NCBI GenBank assembly: GCA_963797555.1
Contig: CAWCPV010000002.1
Span: 160,001 to 224,000, forward strand
Direction of reading: 5' to 3'
Length of the DNA: 64,000 nt
Origin: an uncultured Gammaproteobacteria bacterium
GTDB lineage: Bacteria; Pseudomonadota; Gammaproteobacteria; CAWCPV01
Part shown: piece after piece, positions 22,302 to 33,501 of the stretch
Numbering within the stretch: the stretch's first letter is position 1
How the letters are laid out: each line of letters starts with the position of its first letter
The notes under the pieces: model-generated
What the model saw: the letters and a program-made list of their open reading frames with translations, nothing else
What the model was told of the DNA's origin: nothing
The model's database searches: none
Position numbers and translations under genes: made by a program

Positions 22302-25300
22302 TTACTCAGAACCCCGGGTTCTTGCGGTGATCATCATATACACCTTTTCTGCACGTATAGTTGCACCCATGTGCTCAAAGTAGTGTGCGGCTCGCTTCAT
22401 CCACCGCAACGCGTTCGCCACATGCCCTTCGCAGGCACGCATCTCGCCAATACGCCAGAATACCTCAGCACAATCGTAAGGACTCTCGATAGTCTGGTAA
22501 ATTGCGGCTCTTTCCGGAATCGTGTGGGTAGCAATGGCTATGGCGTGGGGGCATCTGCCTGATCTCCGACACCAGCGGGTGTGTTGAACGGCGAGGCGGG
22601 CAGGTGGGCCAGGTTGCCGGCGATGAGGTAGGCGATGGTGATGAGCGAGTGCGTGGTGCGGTAGCCCCGGGCGCGAGCCTTGGCGGCCTGGATGAGGGAG
22701 TTGATGCCCTCGGCGCGGCCGTTGGTGAGGCCCGAGTGGAACGCAGCGAGCACGCCGTCCCAATGCTCCTTGAGGGTGGTGGCGAGGCGCTTCATGGGCT
22801 GCAGGCGGCTACGCCGTGCCCAGCTATACCAGCGCCCGAGGGCGCTCTCGGCCTGCTCGAGGGTGCTGGCCGTGGCGTAGATATCGCGCAGCGCCTCCTT
22901 GAGGCGCCAGGCGCGGGCGGTCTTGAGGCGGGCGCGGGAGAGCCAGTGGAAGTCGGTGAGTTGGTCCCAGCCAGGTCCAGCGGGTGCCCCTGAGGGCGGG
23001 CTCGGTCTTGATCTCCTGGCGGCGCACCGCGTCGACCGCCTCGTTGGCGAGCTTGATCACATGGAAGGCATCGAAGCTCACCGTGGCCTGGGGCAGATGC
23101 TTGGCCACCCCGGCGCGGTAGGCGGCGGACATGTCGATGCACACCTGCTCGATGGCCTGCGGGTCGCCGCCGTGCGCCTTGAGGTCGGCGGCGAAGGCCG
23201 CCACGGTGCTCTGGTCGCGGCCCTCGCAGGCGAACAGCAGGCGTTTTCCCGTGAGGTCATGGAACAGGCTGATGTAGTGCTGTTCACGCCGGGCAGCGGT
23301 CTCGTCCAGGCCCACAGCGCTCACCTGCGAGTGGTCCTCCTGAGCACGGGCCCTGCCTACGTAGCGATCGAGCACCCCCCACAGGCGCTCATCGCCCACA
23401 CCCAGGTGCCGAGCCACGGTCGCCACCGGCATGGCCTGGCACAGCGTGACCACCAGCGCCTCCATCAGCGCCGTGAAGCCACTGTGGGCGCGCGCCCACG
23501 GCGCTTCGACCTGGGTCGTCTTGCCGCAGGCCTCGCAGCGCACCCGCGGCAGATGCGCGTGCAGGTACGCCCGTGACTTAAAGAAGCTCAGGTGCTGCCA
23601 ACTGCGCTCCCAGGTGTCGTGCACCGGCTGGCCTTGCACTCCGCAGGCCGGGCAGGCAAAGCGGCTGCCCTTGGCAAACGCCACCTCGAGGTCGATGCGC
23701 CCAGCCTCGGGGTCGAACCGCACGTCGGTGACCTCCCAAGGCGCTGTCAGGCCCAGTGCCGTGGTAAACAGATGCGTGGGCCGCACGGTGCTCCCCCCTT
23801 GGATGACGGCCTGTGGATTTGTGGACGAGTCCTGCGGAGCGGCCCGCGTCCCAAGGACCGTGTGGACAACCTCCCGGTTGCCCACACTCGCGGGCCTCTC
23901 GCCCACAACCCCACAAGCCCACAAGCCCAACCACAAGATGTTGTGATAAGCGACCAGTCAGGGCAAATGCTACTTCACCACCGCGACCCACACAATTTCC
24001 GAAAGAGCCTAAATTGCCCGCGCATCACGATATAGTTTGCGTGCCTCAGGGCAATTGCCTAACATCCGTCGGAGATCGCCCAATCCTCGAGTACAGTGAC
24101 CCTCTCCCATCCTGTCCCCAATATCGCGGCAATCCCTCAAAGCTCTACGGTATAGGGCTTCCGCGTCCGGAAATTGCTTGTGATGAAGATGCACCTCTGC
24201 GAGCCCCCAGATAGAGTGGGCTTCTCCCAACCTATCCCCGATTTCGGAGCAGATTCTCTGAGCTGATTCATAGTGCGCCTGTGCTTTATTAAGTTCCCCA
24301 TTATCAAGATGTACGTGGCCAAGACCCCTTATACAGGTTGCTTCTCCTAAACTATCTTGGTTCTCTACACACAATCTAAGGGCTTCCTGATATCGGTCTT
24401 TCGCGCCCTGGAGATCGCCTAGGTCGAGATAGACGTGGCCTAATCCCCAAATGCCGTGCGCCTCTCCTTCATCGTCATGAATTTTCCGACAAATGGTCAA
24501 AGCATCGTTATATTTCTCCTGTGCTTTATCGTATTGAGCCAGCATGCGGTAAACGTGCCCCAACCCCCTCAGACAGGTAGCCTGGCCAAGCTTGTCAGAA
24601 ATATCCGTGTAGATGATCAAAGCTTGACCATAAAACGCCCTGGATTCCCGGTACTTATCCAGCATCCGACGGGTGTTGGCCAGACCCCGGATGCAATTCG
24701 CTTGGCCCCGCTTATCATCAGCGTCGATGTAAATGTTGAGCGCTTTCTCATAGTTCGATTGCGCTTCTGGGTATTCGTCGAGTCTCCGATGCACATCAGC
24801 AAGACCGCACACGCAGGTTGCCTCATCCCGGACATCCGTCACGCCGTGGGCCGCGCCCGCGCCCTCCTGAAACCGTTGCTTAGCTTCGGAGCCCGACAGC
24901 GCGAAGGAGTAGAAAGGTACCAGAGAGGCGGTAAGGCGTGCGAAGCGGGATGCCTCGCCGCGTTCTTTTATCCGATCCATCGCTGCGTGGATATTCAGCA
25001 GTTCGACAGAGAAAAGCCGAATCGCCTCCCGTCGCGGCTGAGCCTCCTGAGCCGCAACCACCAGATCTTCGTAATGCGAGGCGTGGCGATCCTTGGCCTC
25101 GGCACGGTCGTTGGGGGTGCACCGACCGTCCCCATAGTCCCGTAACAAGTCGTGGAGGTGGTATCGGTTACTCGCCGAGTTCCACTCGACCAGACTGCGC
25201 GTCTGTAGGTCACTGAGCCGGTCCGCAGCGGAAAAGCGATCCATAGCCCAGACTGCAGCGGCGCTCGCCCGGTCAAAAGTATCCGGAAACACGGACAGGC

Positions 25301-26636
25301 TCCGCCAGATAAGCTGCAAGTCTGGGGTGAGCAGATCGTAGCTCAGGCTGAAGGATGCATTGACGAGTTCAACACGCTGGCTGCGTTCCGTGAGCCTTTG
25401 GTAATACTCTCCTGCGCTCAAATCGATGCGCACAGAGACGGCGCTTGCTGCAACGCGCAACGCCAGCGGCAGATAGCCGCAGAGCCGCGCTATAACTTCG
25501 AATGCCTTCTCTTCACGGCCACCGAGCACAGGAATCACAGTGTCCAGTCTAGGCGCAATACCAAGCAGCAGCCTATGGGCTTCCTTTGAGGGCAGCGGGT
25601 CGATATGCTTAGGATACAGCCCAGGAAGAGTGAAAGACTCGCGCGAAGTTGCGAGCAGGAGGCAACCCTTGGGTGGAATGAGGGCCTCAAGCTGTTCCGG
25701 TCCCGCAGCGTTATCGATGAGAATCAAGACCCGCTTGTCACGCAGCACGGACAGATACAGTCCTCTAAGCACCCCCTCGCTTTCGAGCACGCTAACTGTG
25801 GGGTGAAACGATCGGACCACGTGGGCTAGTGCGTCATGTGACGTTAGTGGCCTCCGGTCTGCGCCCTTGAGGTCTAAATAAATTTGGGCATCTGGATAGC
25901 CCGAACCGAGATCCTCCGCAAACTTCAGCACCAGCGCCGTCTTACCCACCCCAGCCATGCCCCATACCAGTAAGATGGTGAGATGGGGTTGTTCGACGAC
26001 CGACAGGAGTTCTTCGAGTTGCACAGTGCGTCCGGTGAAGTCGACCGGTGGCCGTGGGAGCTGGTGCAAGCTGCTCAGGCTGGGGGTGGCAATGTCCTGC
26101 AGCTTGGAGCGCAGCACGTCGACCGCCAGCCGGTCGGCGTTGGCGAAGCGGATCTCCGGGTAGCGCTCGACCTCTGCCAGGCGCGTCAGGTGAGCCTGCT
26201 GGACGGCGCGCTGTGCCTCGTCCAGCCGGTAGAGTTCGTCCCGCGGGGCGCCGTCTTGCGGCACGGCGATGATCAGCACCTTGGCGTGATACAGCGCCAG
26301 CCACGCCTCCCACTGGGTGTAGGAGAGGGGGGGTGCGTCGGGCGCCAGGAAGGGAGCCAGCACCGGCAGTTGCTTGGCGAGATTCGGATAGCGTTTCCGG
26401 AGCACCGCCACCGAGGGCGGCTGGGCCAACGCCCCGGTCATGTCGCCCACCAGGTGGATCACCGCATCACAGCGGCGGATGTATTCGTCGAGCTTGTCCA
26501 GCGTCTCGGTGCCGGTGGCGATGAAGTCCTCCTGCACCTTGACCGTGACGTTGGGGCGGTCTAGGTCACGGCGCAGGGCGTCGCGGTAGCTCGCGAACTC
26601 CGCACTCACGGTGGACAGGAAGATCTGAACTGGCAC
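22302..26636 (-). pseudogene. DUF4062 - NB-ARC (STAND) - TPR protein interrupted near its 3' end by ISL3
   Basis: QIFLSTVSAEF..DAVIHLVG; HQLPRPPVDFTGR, GMAGVGKTAL, LILIDNA, CGYLPLAL, RYHLHDLLRDY; about seven TPRs; IS removal restores DARAI-YQTIESP. Confidence 0.85.
22506..24009 (-). mobile_element. ISL3-family insertion sequence, transposase frameshifted
   Basis: IRs begin GGCTCTTTC at both ends; 8-bp TSD TAAATTGC at 22498-22505 and 24010-24017; CPACG, GLDET, CIDMS, FDAFHV and TNGRAEGINSLIQ split over two frames. Confidence 0.92.
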
Positions 26637-26814
26637 AGCCTGCTCCCTTACCTCTTTTGTCGTTCTGCAGCCCCTCACGTCGCCCCAAGACGCACTCGCA
26701 GCACCGCGGGCCGGCCCCACCATCCCGTACTCATCGCCCGTCGAGGACAACAGCATGTCGCAGTTGGCGCGTGGGCTCAATAGGCGCTGTGGCCTCTCTG
26801 TCGCGGGCTGTCGC

Positions 26815-26905
26815 CGATGAGCCGCTGATCTATCGGCTGCCCAAACCCGAGCGCGATGGCTGCACGGGGCTGTCTCTCACCCCGCTGGAACTGGCCGCAC
26901 CGTGA
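26815..26905 (+). pseudogene. Short IS91-like transposase remnant
   Basis: LIYRLPKPERDGCTGLSLTPLEL resembles the C-terminal motif of IS91-family transposases. Confidence 0.45.
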
Positions 26906-27423
26906 AGATATCGCGGATGTGTCTGATATCAGTTCCGTTGCCGCCGCGCAAATCCGTGGCTCGAATGGCTGTTGTGGGTCGAACGCGGCCCCGAGACACG
27001 CGCTCGCCGACACGGGTTCGGAGGTGGTCATTGCGAACCTGAAGGTCATCAGGATTTCCCGCTTTTCAGGGGGTGGCGTGCCAGCGCAAAGGCCCAACAG
27101 GCGTGGGGTATCGCGATGATGCCCCCTACACCCCGGACGGGGATCAGGCGGCCACCCGTCCGGCCTGTCGCCGGTGGTGTAACGGGTCCGGCTCGGGTGA
27201 CATGCGGGCCGTCCACCACTTCGATGCTGCCGTCCGGCTGCGCGCCACGCGGCTTGACGCCCGAAACTTCCGACCACATGGATTCCCAGGTGGTCGGGGA
27301 CGACCAAAAGGCATCCGACATTTTTCCGACATCGGTGCTGCACGGTTGTGCGCAGTCGTGCATTTTGGGCAACGGACGCCGTCTTATGGCGTTGTTAAAA
27401 CAATGACTTGCGTTTCCCGGCGA

Positions 27424-27470
27424 GGCTACGAACCAGGGGGTCGGGAGTTCGAATCTCTCCGGGCGCGCCA
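27424..27470 (+). repeat. att direct repeat (duplicated 3' 47 bp of tRNA-Arg)
   Basis: GGCTACGAACCAGGGGGTCGGGAGTTCGAATCTCTCCGGGCGCGCCA, identical to 10363-10409. Confidence 0.95.
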
Positions 27471-27529
27471 TACAAATCAGCCGCTTAGGCCGCTTCCGCC
27501 GGTCTTGAGCAAGACGAGTGCGGGACTTT

Positions 27530-27850
27530 TGCGGTACGCCCCCCGCAAACCAGCTCAGCGGCCTCCCTCAGGTTGGACAGTTCGGCGCTGGAGTAGTGGG
27601 TGGTGATGCCCCCCAATCTGTGCCCGCTCAAATCCTGCCGGTCTTCGATGCCACCCCCGCTGCGCGAACTCGACGCACTAAAGGTGTGCTTGAGGTCGTG
27701 AACGCGGACGTGGGGCAATTCTGCCCTAGCCCGCGCCCGCTTCCAGGCGGTGTTGTTCATCTTCCCACCGGCCGGCCTTGTTGATACGTGAAGACATGCT
27801 CGGCATGCTTTCCCCTCACATCTTCCACGACCGACCGCGCCCCGAAATGC
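27530..27850 (-). pseudogene. Tyrosine integrase C-terminal remnant
   Basis: HVFTY..MNNTAWKRAR..RVHDLKHTF..EDRQDLSGH..ITTHYS over two frames, pointing at the att repeat. Confidence 0.8.
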
Positions 27851-28069
27851 ACTCGCCTGACGCAACAAGTGACCATGCCGCGCGTAGTCTTGGAAAAACC
27901 GCAGTCCCTTATGTGTCGGAAATAAGGATCGGGCAGCGTGATGTGGCTCCGATTCTCTGAACAGAGGAATCGATTTTGTAGATGGTGAACCGCGGGTGCA
28001 GAGTTATCCACGGGGCCGCCGCCCGCCCTTCTCAGGCGGGAGGCGAGCGGCCCGGTGGGTAACTCGCGT

Positions 28070-28899
28070 TCAGGCTGCGAGCTTTTCGTCTTGCTGCCCA
28101 TAATACACGGCGTCCGGTGTCTGGTCTCCTAGCCCTTGATGCCGGCGTCGTTGATTGTAGAAAGTGAAGTACCGGCCGAGTTGGCGCTTGGCGTCCAGGA
28201 TCGACTCGTACGCCTTCAGATACACTTCTTCGTACTTCACGCTGCGCCACAGCCTCTCGACAAAAACGTTATCTATCCAGCGCCCGCGTCCGTCCATACT
28301 GATGCGGATGTCATGAGCCAGGAGCGCGCTCGTGAAATCCTTGTCGGTGAACTGGCTGCCCTGGTCGGTATTGAAGATCTCGGGGCGTCCGTGGAGCATG
28401 AGCGCCTCTTCCAGCGCCTCCATACAGAAGGAGGTGTCCATGCAGTTGGAAAGCCGCCAGGCCAGCACCCGGCGCGAGCACCAATCGATGATCGCCACCA
28501 GATAGGCAAAGCCCTTGGCCAGGGGAATGTACGTGATGTCCGTAGCCCAGACCTGGTTGGGTCGGGTGACCACTACATCACGCTAGCCAAGTAGGGCCAT
28601 ACCTTGTGGCCGGGGTGCGCATCCGAGAGCCGCGGCTTGCGGTACAACGCCTCGATTCCCATCTTGTCCCTCAATGTCTGGACGTGGCGCCGGCCGACCT
28701 CGAAGCCCTCGTCGCGCAACGCCCCGCGCATGCGCCGGCTGCCATAGAACGGGTGCTTTAGGTGCAGCTCGTCGATTGCCCGCATCAGCGCCAGATCCCG
28801 CGCCGACACCGCCACCGCCCGGTAGTACTGGGATGAGCGCGAGAGCCCCAGGAGCTGGCACTGCCGCGTCAGCGGCAATTCGGCCACCTTGTCGATCAT
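28070..28899 (-). pseudogene. IS3 transposase OrfB, broken near 28575
   Basis: HPFYGSRRM; RPNQVWATDITY, FNTDQGSQFT and DNVFVERLWRSVKYE in two ORFs. Confidence 0.85.
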
Positions 28900-29192
28900 C
28901 GCTTTGTCGCATCGCCGATGCGACCGAGCGCGACGGACAAAAAATCGTTCTCCAGCGTCAGCTGCCCGATCTTCGCCTGCATGTCCTTCACCGACGGCCC
29001 CGATTCGGACTTGCGTTCCCGCTCGAACACCTCGTCAGCGCGGCTCTGCAACTGCTGCTTCCACGCCAGGATCTGACTCTGATGAACCTGAAACTGCGCC
29101 GATAACTCCGCCAAGGTCTTGTCGCCCTTGATCGCCGCCAGTGCCACCCTTGCCTTGAATCCCGCTCCATGATTGCGCCTCTTGCCACTCAT
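28896..29192 (-). CDS. IS3 transposase OrfA
   Basis: RRNHGAGFKARVALAAI..KIGQLTLENDFL. Confidence 0.88.
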   Translation of the reverse strand: MSGKRRNHGAGFKARVALAAIKGDKTLAELSAQFQVHQSQILAWKQQLQSRADEVFERERKSESGPSVKDMQAKIGQLTLENDFLSVALGRIGDATKR

Positions 29193-29676
29193 TTGCCGCT
29201 CCTCTCAATAGCATCGCCATGATAAAGCGGTTCATCCCCTACCACTTATCCCGCCGTACAGATTTCCGGAGCCAGCTCTGCGGGAACCTGACTTCGCTGG
29301 GCTCGTGACGCATTTCGGCCATCCTGACCTCGACCCGCTGCTTTCCGGCAAGGGCGGGTTTAGCGGGTGCATCAAGCGGTTCACGAGGAGCCCATGGGCA
29401 CATGTGGGCATGGTGCTTCGGCTCGGGGTGGAACATGGTCCTGCGCTGGGAGGCCCCGATGCTCAACAAGGTCGCTGATGTGCAGCGTAGAATTGAGGTC
29501 CGCGGGGTCCAGACTGGCGGGGCTCCGTGGGCGATGAAATATAGCGGCGACGAGATCGCGATTCGCCGCCTCTGCGTTGAGATGCGCGCAGCGCAGCAGA
29601 GATCCTCTCGGGCCGTTTCGCAGCCCATCCGGCCATCGCCAACTTGCCCCGTTCACACAACGGAGGGAGGACATCC

Positions 29677-31517
29677 ATGGCTGCGGAAGAGGACGCAATT
29701 GCGGACTTAGAGCACAAGCTACGCAGCCTCGAGTCGCTCCGCAGCGAGCTCGGGGACGCGCTCTTTAACCGCAAGCGAGCGGGGCTCGAAGCCCGGTTGC
29801 GGGACCTGCGGGAAGCGCGATCCGTTCAGACGCCTCGGAGATCCAGGCGGCGGGCGGCTCCGGGGCCCCACGTGGCAGGCGATGTCGACACCGGCGGCGG
29901 CCACTTCGTCGGCGGCAACCAGTACAAGTTCGAATACAGGGACCAGCCCCCGCGCGAGCTTCTTCTTGCCTATTACCGCTGCCTCGCCCAGGACTGCGCG
30001 CGCCTGCCGCTCGGCGTTGTAGACCCCCGTTTCGTGTCCGCAGGCAGCAAAAAAGAGGAGCTGTCGCTGGCGAGCATCTACACCGACCTCGACGTGGTGG
30101 CGTTGCCGCGGGAGCAGAACGAGGCGGCGGAGCGCTGGGGACTGCGCCTTGCCCGGGGCGAAGGTGGCGAGCGCACCCCGCTGCTCTCGGCGATCGCCGA
30201 CGACCGCTTCGCCCGGCTCGCCCTCATCGGCGACCCCGGCTCCGGCAAGACCACCTTCGTCAACTACCTGACCTTTCTGCTCGCCCGTGCGGCGGCGCCA
30301 GCGCTGCCGGGCGCGCTGAAGGGCTTGATCCCGGTGCGGCTCGTGCTGCGCAACGCCGTGCGTCACATCCCCGGGGAGGCCGAGAAGGGCAGCGGCGCGA
30401 TGCTCTGGGAGGCGCTCCGCGCCGACATCGAGGGGTATCTGGGGAGGGCGGCCACCGAACGGCTGTTCCCGCACCTGCAAGACCGCCTGCTGAAGCAGCC
30501 CGGTCTTTTCCTGCTGGACGGGCTGGACGAGGTGCCCGAGGCGGAGCACCGGCGGCGCTCGCTGCTGGAGGCCATCGCCGCGCTGGCCGGGAGCCTGCCG
30601 GTAGGCTCGCGCCTGCTGCTCACGGCGCGGCCCTACGCCTATGCCGATCCCAAGTGGCATCTCCCGGGATTCGAGCTGCTCGCGCTGTCCCCCTTCAGCG
30701 CCGAACAGGTGCGGCGGTTCGTGGGCCGCTGGTACGCGGCGGTACAGCCGGTGATGGGCTGGGATGCCGCCGCGGCGCAGGATCGGGCCCGGAAGCTCGA
30801 GCAGGTGCTGCTGGTCGAGCGGCCGGAGCTGGCGGACCTCGCGTCGCGCCCGCTGCTGCTCACGCTGATCGCCACCCTGCACACGAGCTGGGGACAGCTC
30901 CCGGACGACCGCGCCGACCTCTACGAGGAATCGGTCAAGCTCTTGCTGTCGCGCTGGCAGCGCGGCCGGGAGGTGCGGGGCGAGGACGGCAAGCCGGTGC
31001 AGGAGCCCGGCATCGCCCGGGCCCTGAGCTGGACGAGTCGGTCATCCGCGGCGCCCTGGAGCTGGGCTTGGCGCCATGGCGCCTGTCGCTGCCGAGTGAG
31101 GCCCAGTGGGAGAAAGCGGCCCGGGGGCCCGAGGGCCGGCGCTGGCCCTGGGGCGACGAGTGGGCCGAGGACCGTGCCAACACCCAGGAGGCCGGTCTTC
31201 AGGAGACGAGCGCGGTGGGCCTGTTTCCCAAGGGCAAGAGCGCATATGGCCTGCTGGATCTGGCGGGTAACGTCTGGGAGTGGACCACGAGCCGGTGGGG
31301 GCGCAGGTACTCTATGCCGGACTATCGCTACCCCTACGATGCGGCGGACGGGCGTGAAGACCTGAGCGGTTCTGATCCGTGCGTGGTGCGTGGCGGTTCC
31401 TGGGGCACCGCTCGGAGGGGCGCGCGCTGCGCCTGCCGCAACAGGGGTCCCGCGGACGACTTCGACAGCGACCTGAATTTTCGTGTCGTGGTGTCCCTGG
31501 CGGATTCTGGTTTCTGA
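29677..31517 (+). pseudogene. NACHT NTPase with C-terminal FGE-sulfatase (CLec-fold) domain; frameshift and internal deletion near 31030-31070; putative DGR target
   Basis: GDPGSGKTT, FLLDGLDEVP, TARPYAY, RPLLLTLIA; second frame LPSEAQWEKAARG, DLAGNVWEW, VVRGGSW..FRVV. Confidence 0.85.
31383..31496 (+). other. Putative DGR variable region (VR)
   Basis: Lies between RGGSW and FRVV; NNC/NNT codons at positions that are AAC/AAT in FGE-type template repeats; RT stub immediately downstream. Confidence 0.55.
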
Positions 31518-31557
31518 TTTCTGGATTCTGATGCGCTCGTCTTGAGGTAGTCCCGCC

Positions 31558-31707
31558 ATGGCTGTGCGCTTCGACCGGCTCTACCACGCCGTTACCACCT
31601 TCGACAACCTGTTCCGCGCTTACCGGAACGCAGCCCGAGGCAAGCGTGGTCAGCCGCAGGGCAGGTCCAGGGTGGCGAGCCATGACCTCTCGCGGCGAGC
31701 CTGGTAA
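31558..31707 (+). pseudogene. N-terminal stub of a DGR-type reverse transcriptase (not in ORF track)
   Basis: GAGGT RBS; MAVRFDRLYHAVTTFDNLFRAYRNAARGKRGQP fits the LxxxIxxFxNLxxAYxxAxxGKR start of DGR RTs. Confidence 0.65.
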
Positions 31708-31744
31708 GGTAAGGCATCGAGGCGTTGACGGAGGTTTCCGGACG

Positions 31745-31957
31745 ATGAAATATCGGGTTCTCATCGAGCAGGACGAGGACGGGATGTTCACAGCGCAGTG
31801 CCCTGCCCTGCCGGGATGTGTGACGCAGGGGCAGACACGGACCGAGGCCATCGAGAACATCCGGGAGGCGATCGCGGGCTACCTGGAGAGCCTGAAGAAA
31901 CACGGCGAGCCAGTGCCACCCTCGGTGGACGAGGAGATCGTCGAGGTCGCCGTTTGA
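31745..31957 (+). CDS. hicB: HicB family antitoxin (short)
   Basis: YRVLIEQDEDG..CPALPGCVTQGQTRTEAIENIREAI. Confidence 0.9.
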   Translation: MKYRVLIEQDEDGMFTAQCPALPGCVTQGQTRTEAIENIREAIAGYLESLKKHGEPVPPSVDEEIVEVAV

Positions 31958-32178
31958 CGCGGCTCCCGTCACTTTCCGGGCGTGAGCTGTGCAGGGTACT
32001 GGCGAAGTTCGGTTACGAGATCGACCACCAGACGGGCAGCCACCTGATTCTGCGTAACAGAATGCCGCCTCATCGCAGGCTGACCGTGCCGAACCACAAA
32101 GAGATCTCCAAGGGGACGCTGAGGGCGATCCTTCGGCAGGCAGGTTTGTCCGTGGAGGAGCTCCTGGAGGAACTGTGA
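31954..32178 (+). CDS. hicA: HicA family toxin
   Basis: TTG start; LPSLSGRELCRVL, QTGSHLIL, TVPNHKEISKGTLRAILRQAG. Confidence 0.9.
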   Translation: MTRLPSLSGRELCRVLAKFGYEIDHQTGSHLILRNRMPPHRRLTVPNHKEISKGTLRAILRQAGLSVEELLEEL

Positions 32179-32221
32179 GCGGGCCCCCCATACGAAGGGG
32201 CGGGGCGGAGGAAGGAGTGGA

Positions 32222-33415
32222 TTGACGCAGGAGCGGATGCCGGAATCGGTCGAGACTGGCGGCGGGGCGTACGTCGGCGAGGGCGTGAGCATGGGTGGTG
32301 GGACCTTCGTCGGCCGCGATCGAGATCGTCCTCATCGCCGGGTACAGCGCCGAGCAGTTGCAGACAGTGCTGCCGCGGTTGCGCGAGGCGCTGGCGGACC
32401 CGCAAGCGGGGCTGCGGGCGGACCCGAGCGGCGAGCGCATCACCGTCACAGCACCGCAGTCGCCGACCATCACATTGTCCCAGCAGGCGGCGGCTGACCT
32501 GCTGCCCGCCGCCGCACGCGAGGGGGACGAGCCAACCTATCTTGCGGCCCTCGCGGTGAGCCCCCGCTATGGCCGGTGGGCGACGCAGTTCGTGCCGCTG
32601 GCGGGCATGCTCGCGGAGCAGGAGCGTCCACCGGGCTGGGCCGAGATCCCGCCCGAGTTCACCGAGCTCGAGGTGATCGGTGAGGGAGCCCAGCGGCAAC
32701 TGCGCCGGGTGCGCCTCGAAGACATCACCGATGCGGTGCGGCGCCACCCGGCCCTGGCGCTCTTGGGCGAGCCGGGATCGGGCAAGACGACGACGCTGCA
32801 CCGGCTGCTGTTGGACGCCGCGCGGCAGCGGCTGACGGGGCAAGGCGGACCCCTGCCCGTGCTGTTGCCGCTGGCCGAGTACCGCGACTACCCCTCGCCG
32901 CACGCCTTTCTCCTGGCCCGCTGGGCACAGTCTCTGGGCGCGCTCGACCTGGCAGCGCACCTGCGTCGGGGCGATCTGCTCCTGCTCTGCGACGCGCTCA
33001 ACGAGATGCCGTTCCGTGACAGCCGGGACTACCGGGACCGCGTCGGCGCGTGGCGCCAGTTCGTCAAGGACTGGCCCGGCAACCGCCTGGTATTCACCTG
33101 CCGCAGCCGCGACTACAGTGAGCCGCTCGGGCTGCCGCAGGTCGAGATCGAGCGCCTCGACGACCCACGCATTGAGGATTTCCTCACCCGCTACCTCGCA
33201 CCGGCGCAAGCACAGGAGAGCTGGGCAAGGCTTCGGGGCTCGCCGCTCCTGGATCTGGTACGCAATCCTTACTACCTCACGATGCTCGCGTATCTGGTGG
33301 CTCGGGGTGGCGCATGGCCCGCGAGTCGGTCGGGCCTGTTCCAGGGGTTCACCGACACGCTGTTGAAGCGGGAAGAGACCCGCGGCCACTCCGACTGGCC
33401 GGGCAAGCAGCCGCC
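32222..33415 (+). pseudogene. Second NACHT protein; frameshift near 32320 and 3' truncation
   Basis: N-terminal TGGGAYVG..GGGTFVGRD; GEPGSGKTT, LLCDALNEMP, FTCRSRDY, RNPYYLTML; ends at a mobile mystery B fragment. Confidence 0.8.
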
Positions 33416-33501
33416 CTTCGCGCAGGGCCGCGAGATAGCGCCGGCGGGCTTCGCCGGCATCGGCCAGGTTCGCGCTGCCCCAGGTGAAACGTGGGCGGCC
33501 C
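33416..33501. repeat. 86-bp diverged copy of mobile mystery B segment 11963-12048
   Basis: Ungapped manual alignment, about 79/86 identical. Confidence 0.85.

Larger units (their letters stand above)
10363..27470. mobile_element. ~17 kb genomic (defence) island integrated at tRNA-Arg(ACG)
   Basis: 47-bp direct repeat of the tRNA 3' part at both ends; cargo of TA systems, relaxase, IS elements and CBASS. Confidence 0.88.
27939..29279 (-). mobile_element. IS3-family insertion sequence (orfB disrupted)
   Basis: Imperfect IRs sharing TGGCTCCG; orfA plus an rve-type orfB. Confidence 0.82.

Noticed and set aside
27424-27470. Second tRNA-Arg gene
   Set aside because: Lacks the 5' acceptor strand and D arm; it is an att repeat
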